A DNA stretch of 64,000 nt from Auanema rhodensis (Eukaryota > Animalia > Nematoda). Below are positions 55,861-64,000 of the stretch, in pieces; the stretch's first letter is position 1, and every line of letters starts with the position of its first letter. The stretch is taken from NCBI GenBank assembly GCA_964057225.1, contig OZ059900.1, forward strand, positions 5,580,001-5,644,000, read 5' to 3'. Below the pieces are notes generated by a model. The model had not been told where the DNA came from. It saw nothing but the letters and a program-made list of their open reading frames with translations, and did not search any database. Position numbers and translations under genes: made by a program.

Positions 55861-58800
55861 TGTAGTCGAAAATCCATATATCAACCAAACTCTGTTGTCT
55901 GCCTTTAAAGTGCAAGTGATCAATGCAGAGCGATGAAAAAAGTGTTTTCCAAAAAATGAGACCAAAATGTAGTCAAAATGAAACATATAAGTTTGAAGTA
56001 AATTTTTAATAGTTATTGTTAATGTCTTCTCATTTCATAACAAATTAAAAAACAATTTGTGTAGTATTTCTAATTTCAATTTTCTTCTCAATAGTTTGTT
56101 TTCATCCATACTAATGCGTATAAATATAAACATTTAGTTATTTTCTCATAGATAATACACGTGGAAAGTTGCGTGCCATTTTCCCACCTATCTGTTATAA
56201 ACCAATGTTTTCTACTGCAACCGAATTCTGTTTCAACTATAATGTTTCTCAAATGCTTCTTAAATTAGTTCAGTTTTTAAATGATATTTTTGAACAGAAG
56301 CCGTTTTTGACTTTAACTCTCATTTATATGTTAAGCAGACAAAGTTAACTGCATAAACATATAATTAAAGGAAGAGTCAAGTGGATGTCTAACAATAGTA
56401 GAGCGGATGAAATCACGAAAGTTAGAGTGGAGAAATAAAAAAATCGGAGTAACTAAAGAAGCATTAGTTAAACCCATCGCAACATAGAACTAAATGTTTC
56501 GAAACAAAAGAAAAATGTAAAGAAAAAGGATGAGAACCAAATTTTTTAAATAAAATAGGATTGAATAATTTGCAGAATTTGTTTTAGTTTCAAACAGAAT
56601 TCGCAACTAATTTTTAAAGAAACTCGATATACACTCTTTCGTTTTTAAATTTAATTTCTCTTCATAATATTCTTTCAAAATATTTATGTTTATGTATCCC
56701 CAATTTTGCGACTTTAGTTAACTATGATGTTTCTGAAGTTGTAAATGTACTCTATCTAAGCTTTAACTTCACTGATTTCAACAGTTCAAGACAGTAGATT
56801 AATAAAAAAAGAATTGGAAAACAATGAAAAGAGAGAAAAGAAATCATCACTCTTGAACTTTTGTATATTTTCTTTTTATGATATTGGCATTTGTTCCCAT
56901 CAGTAACTTAAATAAGTTTTCTCCAAATACACAACGGAACAGCAGGAAAAGGAAACAGATTTCCGCAAATCAAGAAGTCTCAAAAACGAATAAAACGATT
57001 GCACTAGCTTAAACATCGATGAACTTAAAGAGTCAAGTTGAATAAAAAATTGAATGAGCGTAACAAAAAGGATTACATGATCGATCACTTTGAATTATTG
57101 ATGAGTTGAAATGAATTATAATTTTATATGTATCCATGATGTCGTTCAAGTTTAGTCATGCTTTGAGAATGTTTTTCTCAATACTTGCTTTTAACCTGAA
57201 TTTATATTAAGACATAAATATGATATATTCTCAGGTTTCTTCTGCTTTTATAATTTTAGTGATTTAAAAAAATGAAACTGGTACATAACTTTTGTTGCAA
57301 TTTTGTGTCGTGAAGCTGAGGTTAACAAAAATTATTTTCACTATAAAGCACATTTATTTAATTCTTCAATCATAGAGTAGTATTATGCAGTTTTTCAAAC
57401 ACACGTTGCCTACTGTTGTTTTTTGGGAAGAATTATTGACTTCTTCAAGTTCCACATTTTAATGTATTTGACTTTTTCATAAATCTGCACTTTTCAAGCA
57501 TTTCAATTCAAAAGAGCTTCCTGCTTTTTGTTAAATTGAATGCCGAAAAAAATAAAGTCGTTGTCAGTTTAGATCATATCATGTTCACAATTTTATATGC
57601 TACATTCTAACCATTTGTGGGAGAGGATCCATTTCCGTGTCTTTTTTTGATTTTTTTGAAAATATTTTTTGTGTTTTTATATTGTAGGTCGACTATTCAT
57701 ATTTTTCTCTTTATTCAAACTGCTGATGGCACTCTTTTCTAACATAATGTCATTGCAATCGTTGCTATGAGATAGAGATAAAAAAGCCAAGACAGATGTT
57801 CTCTTTAGTTTCTTCTCTCTCGTTTTATCCGAATCTTGAGCTGCATGAAATAAAGCGTAGAAGCTTCAAAAAAAGTCACAATGCAACAGCAGATAGATAA
57901 AAGAGGGAGATATGATTGCTCAAAATATATCTGTTCTTCCGCTGCTCATATCTATGAAGAGGATATATATTGCAAATATTTTCTTTTATTTGCTGTATTT
58001 TATTATTGTTTATTCTCTATAGTATTCAAAAATAATGGGATACAAACAAGCTGAGACATGTGAGGAAACTTTAGTTAAAAGCAATTATTATATGTGCAAA
58101 GTTGCAATGCTTTAAAAGAATCAATTTCTTTGAGCTGTTACAACCCAATAGTCAAAGACAGCTTTTTTTTGCTAAAAAAACTCTCTTACATCCATTTTCT
58201 TCTTTGATTACACACATAAAATGCTGCTTTTTTGAAAAATTGATGGAAAATGAGGTTAGATACAGACACAGCAAAAGTCTGAAAAAGCCTAATAAAAAAA
58301 GAAAGAGCACGTGAGAAAGTGAAGATGATAAAGTATAGAAAAACTATTTGAACGCAGAAGAATACAAATCTTTAAAAAAAATACGAGAAAACTTACGAAG
58401 CTGCAGAGTTTCGGTAGGAAAATATATAATTTTCTTTTCACCGTTCAAAATATTTCAGTTGTCTTTAATTTAATATAAAATCTTATGTTCAGTACATGGA
58501 AACTTTAAGTAATACATTTAGAAACATTTAACTATTTATAAATATCTCCCTTCACTAGTTTACTTTAATAACTAATTGATTTGTCTATTATTTTGAAAGC
58601 TTCAAAAAAGAATAAAAAATCTCTTTTAGTAAAAAATCTATCAATCATCAAGGACTAGTTTTTTTTAAATATTTTCTCGACAGTTTTGAAGCAATTCCCA
58701 AGTGCATCATTCGAACATTTTAAATTTCAAGTGCGTTGTCGTAGTTTTTTTCTATTAAAATAATAAAAAAAGTTAGTTATAAGATACAAATTGTTGAAGA

Positions 58801-59119
58801 AAAAACTTTTAATACAAGGCAAACTTTATTTTGGATATTCTTGTGGATAAACTCTTATGAAAAAAAAAAGAAAAATATATGATGAGTTGAGAAAGGAATA
58901 AATAATTATGAGTGTAGGCTGACTTCTGAACACGTCGAGGAACAAGGTAAATACAAAAAAAAACGAAGAAACTTCGAACTTAAAACCACAGATGATGATA
59001 ATGATGATAAGTGACGCATTTCCTCAAAAATGTGGTTTGATGTTATGAAACCAATCTTTTCGAGTAGTCTTCTAAAATGTATCGATTCTTACTTCTCAAT
59101 TTGTAAATAATAATAATTG

Positions 59120-59231
59120 GATATTGATTTATATAAATAATTTCTAATTTTCTATTAACTGTAATATTGATTTCTCTATATTAATTCTAAATTACTACTA
59201 CGTTTGATATTGATTTCTATATTACTACTAC
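59120..59231. repeat. Degenerate tandem repeat (ATATTGATTT x3; ATTACTACTAC x2)
   Basis: ATATTGATTT near 59121, 59165 and 59207. Confidence 0.6.
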
Positions 59232-62200
59232 TTGTGATGAATACTTATTATTTATTTCAAATAATATTTATTATATCTTCTACAATATTTTTAATTTTTT
59301 TGTTCTTTTTTTTTCTATGAATTGATGTCTGTTAAGAGCTTTAATATCATATTTTATTTATATGTCATTGATATTCTAAACGATATATTTTTTCGGCCTG
59401 CTTCAACTTACTCTGTATCTACTTTTAGTTGCTTAATAGCTAACAAAGTTGCTCTTCTCGATATTTTTCGTCTCAGTATGTTTGATGAGCGCGTAGGTGT
59501 AGGCTTTGACTTGATCATTTCACTGAACCTCAAGTTAAAATAATCATGAATCGTACAACTCTTAACTACAAAACTCAAGAAAATATATGAACTGACCTAA
59601 GATAGTTTGATAACATTTGAGTATAATTTTGATTGATATACTTAAACATCCCTTAAAACAACTGTAGCAAACATGATTATTATGAATCGGGGAAAATCCA
59701 TAATTTTTGTATAAAAAAAGTTAAAAGAGAATAATTCTCTAATATTTTATATTCTTTTTTTCAATGTTTGTAGTTTTGTAAAGAAAATATTCCGTTGGAT
59801 GAAATAAGCAAATGTCAATTGTTTATATAAACAAACCTCTAGAAGCATAAAAAAACTTAAATAGTTTTGATTGTAAAAGGTGCAGATGTAGATGTAAATG
59901 AAAACTTTTTTATATTATTATTTCAAATAATATCTATGACTTCCTTCTACTAGTATGTGTTCAGCTGAAAATCAAGATGCCACGATTTGCACTCCCGCAA
60001 TCAAAAACTTTGCTTTTTTTTATGCAATTTGAAATCTTGTAAGCGTTTTTCTTTCTCCTCTTTTGAGCTCAAATTTCTTTTATGCTTCACATCGTTTCTA
60101 TACTATTTTTTTCCAGTTTGACAGAAACACAATGATGACAACGAATTCGAGTTTGAGTGTGATACTATGTTATAAGCAGTTATTTTATTTTCATAACTAA
60201 CAGTTCTGTATGAACAAAGACAAAGACTGTGCTAATTATATATATATTCATACATATTCATTTGTTAAAATCCAATATATTTCTATTTCTTCTATTTTTC
60301 TATTTATCAGCCTAGATGCACTAGTCTAATCTGGGTGTCTAGGCTTGTTCATTACGTCCATTCGTCCAACCTGCATGTCAATGAACCGATCCCTGATGCT
60401 CATACTCGTGTCACACGTTTATCACACGATTAAATTGAACTTGTTGTCATTACAGATTGACATGTTTCCATTACATGGAAATGAAAAATTTGATTTTAAT
60501 TAAAAAGTTTGAAATTCTATATAGTTTTTGCTATTCTCTAATTATCAAAACATGAAATATGATACTAGCATAACAAACAGTTTGTATATCAAGCACCATG
60601 TTCGTTTAATACAATACAATCGTTTTGCATTTTTCGATATTTCATCACTCTGATTTTTTGACGTTTTAAAGTTTTATTTACATTTTTCATAAAATTATTA
60701 TACTTCTAAATGTGGCCGAAAAACATAGAAGTAAATGTATTGACAAGCATGCGAATAATTGTAATCAGAAAAACTGTTGCTCCACAACAGGCAACATGTA
60801 TTTCTTATCTGTAAAATATTAATGTCTCCAAACTATACATTAAATAGTTTATGATATATCTTTACTTATTATTTATTTGTTTGATGAAGTCCATAAGATT
60901 ATTAAATAATACAAGTGAAGGTATGATATGCTAACTAACGTAATTTCAAAAATGCTACAATGCTATATTTTTGTTTCTGATTTTAATCTTTTTTTAAACT
61001 ACTCGATAATATCTTTATATCATAATTTTAATTCATACTTTCAATTTATTTTATTTTTTTTGAGAATACATATGTATATACATACATATATTTATACTAT
61101 TTTTCTCATATTTGATTTTTTTAAACTATTTTTATGTCTTCCTAGTCTTCTTTCTGATTAAAAAACTTTTTATATCACACAATATAAATGGTTTACACAG
61201 AACGATTATATGTAAAATGGAATACACGGCCGTTTTTGGTATTTTTTTCATTTCATTTTATTTTCCCTAATTCAATAAAATCTGAATCTAGTTATGATCG
61301 ACTGGATTCACAGAAATAAAACAAAACAAAAATATTCCTACTTCAACTTATGAAAAATTGAATTAAATCCGACTGAACCATAATTGTTTTATTTTGTGTT
61401 GCTTGCTTCATTTCCTAATATGATTATATTCAATTTAGATATGAGGATCAGGAAATATTAGCTCGAATAAAATACTTGATTGAACAAACGAATATAAAAC
61501 GGACGCGTTTTTCTTTACCAAAAAAGTCGTCAAATTAAAAAAAATTTCTATGTGTATGTGTATGTTTGCTGTTTCGTGGTAGTCAACGGCAAAAAACAGA
61601 AAGAAGATAGCAAAAAGAAATATTGAGAGGAAGTGAGAGAATTAGAGGTTAGTGGTGAGAGTAAAGAGAATAATATCAAACTAAAAGAGGAGAGAAAACG
61701 AAAGGGAAAACGAAGCTTTTCTATGTGTATTATGTGCTCGTTCTATCTCAAAATCGACTTTGTTCGTCATGAAATATTTTTACAGAAAATGATGTTGCTG
61801 CACTCAGCATTTCTAAGTTTGGCTGAATGGAACAGTCATATATATGAAAGATATAAATTTCATTAAAACTATGAGGCATATCGCTTTTTATGTTCGTTTC
61901 ACAGCGCTTGGTACAGTAGAGTAGAAGTTGTTTATTTTTTCTTTTGTAAAATTGCAGCAGTATCGATTAACTGTTTTAATTTTTTTAAATTTTTGAGTTT
62001 CCATTAATTTAAACTGATTGCACTTAAAAGTTTTAATTCCAACGGTTTTGTTGAAATTTTTAACTTCTCTCTCAAAGCTATATCATATTTTATGATTCAA
62101 ACCCTATTCGCTTCATTTTTTGCTGCCCCTTATTGTCGGCAGGTCTGCAATGCGCATTTTTCATTCTTCTAATACCACGTTTTCAAAACGACTTTTGCCT

Positions 62201-64000
62201 TTTTGTGTTTATATGTATATATATGTATTTGATTGTATGCTATCTGCTTCAAGAAAATTGAAAGTGAAATCTTCGGAAGAAATAGCTTTTGTCTAGTAAA
62301 GAAAAAGAAAAAGAAAGACAGAGAAATATTTGGTAATTCTGAAAGAGCTGAGTAGATAAAAGTGTAGAGAAATGAGATGAGTTCCAAGAATAGTCAGACA
62401 AGAAGAGAAAGAACAGCGAGTTTTGAAGATAACAGTAACTGTGAAGCAAGTTTTTTTTGAAGAGCAGAGGGGGGGGGTATCAATATTTTTAAAAAAGTTC
62501 ACATTCGTATACACTAGATAAAATACTAAAATAGATTATAATCAAATGAGAATGAAAAAAGAGAGTATAAGGGTGCAAAGAAAGCAATAGCTCAGTGCGA
62601 CAATTATGAGATGGATTAGAAATCAGCTGTTTGCGTTTAAATGCTCTCAACCGTTTTTGTTATTTTCGCCTTTACTTTTTTCACGTACGGTGTGTTCGCA
62701 TTGTTAAATTATCACGACTCAACATATAACATACCAAATATTACAATTTGATAACTGAAAACCAACTCCAAGATGTTTCTTATCTAATCTTTATTACTCC
62801 TACTAAAAAAAAACATGATATTGACTGAAAACTTGAAAAAATTCCAGGCCGGATTGAGAATGACGTTTTAAGTAATCAATGACGTATATTCTATAACAGG
62901 TATTTCATCACTATTTTCTGTAGTATATTGTGTTTTGGAGGTTCTTATCTCAAAGTAACAATCAGCTGATCTATACAAAATTACTTTATAGAATATACGG
63001 ACTTATCATACAAAGAATAAATGATACCGAATGTTAACGAACTTATGTTCAATTCATTTGATCAATCATATTGATCTTATTTTTTTCTGTTTTGAAGAAA
63101 GTGTTGAAACCTTTCAAAATTTGTAAGAAAATTGTTCAGCATAGATTTTAAATCAGTTTTAATTTATATTTCTTGAAGTTCAAATCGATAGAAATCACCA
63201 AGTAACATAATCAGTTAGATATCTCTCTAGTCTTATGATCAGTATACGTTGTACTCAAACAAGTGCTGATTCACGTTATATCAGTTGATCACACATGACA
63301 ATAAGGGCGTGCAACTTTTTGTATTCTAAATATTCCATATTTTTCTAATTTCCATGGATTCGATTCCTCTTCTACATTAGCATACAAGTCTTCTTGTCAA
63401 CATGACAGAATAAATGCATTTTAACTCCTATAATTCAGCCAACATTTAATTTAGGGTTACATGTGCAACAACCGCACATCCCTCCTCAAACCATGAAGAT
63501 ATTGTTGAGGCAACACATAATAGCTACTTGACTTTTGAATGTGATGTGGATGAAAAAAAGGCTGCAAAACTAAGAAATCAAAAATGGTTGATCGATTGAG
63601 TCTAACGTTGAAATATAAATGCATGTATTTACTTGTATTCTTTATAGTTTTAAGGTTACGGCTTGTTATTAGGATCCTAACGAGCAAGATTTTTGAACCT
63701 ATCAATCAATAGCTACTTTAAAAAAAACTGTCATATACCTTTTTAATAAAAAATACCTTTTTCCAGCTTCATAGTTTTAAACTATAAAATGATATTTTTG
63801 TATTGATTTACTGTGTTGAGCAAAAAATGTTAGAGCACTTGTTAACGAAGGTTAGAATCAAAAAAAAAATTTTTTTCCAATTATCAGAAAAATATAAGCT
63901 GCTTTCACTCCTCTCAATATTGAGATGAATTAATGATACAATTGCACCGTTACGTGTATACTTCAAGCAGTGATTTATCAATAAGCGCTGCTGTAATGCC

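Noticed and set aside
50235-63705. Many 60-100 aa ORFs in the last 14 kb
   Set aside because: F/L/I/K-rich translations of AT-rich or purine/pyrimidine tracts, with no exon chains or domains

Overview
AT-rich eukaryotic DNA, almost certainly from a nematode: many ~45-55 nt GT-AG introns, TTTCAG-type acceptors and nematode-type proteins. The six-frame ORF track is mostly exon fragments or spurious ORFs, so gene models were rebuilt by hand. Bases 1-48 kb hold about 10-11 spliced genes: an unidentified Ala/Gln/Ser-rich nuclear protein (-, truncated), an unidentified Gly/Pro-rich protein with alternative first exons (-), an rrc-1-type PX-SH3-RhoGAP (+), an MKK4/SEK-type MAP2K (-), a divergent ecdysoneless/SGT1-like gene (-), a secreted Cys-rich mucin (-), a tiny acidic orphan gene (+), mbk-1/DYRK1 (+), epn-1/epsin (+), a MARVEL-like 4TM protein (-) and a signal-peptide-bearing nitrobindin/THAP4-like beta-barrel (-). 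The last 16 kb has no convincing gene but is rich in inverted repeats. The most striking is a perfect 21-bp mixed-sequence inverted match (53416-53436 / 55577-55597) inside ~400-bp degenerate arms whose transition differences mostly give G-U pairs on the + strand, flanked by locally branched hairpins. It is a candidate long dsRNA/lncRNA or intronic duplex; a decayed foldback element or an inverted enhancer duplication are the alternatives. No tRNA, rRNA, snRNA, SL RNA, CRISPR array or intact transposon was recognised. All alignments and folds were done by eye.
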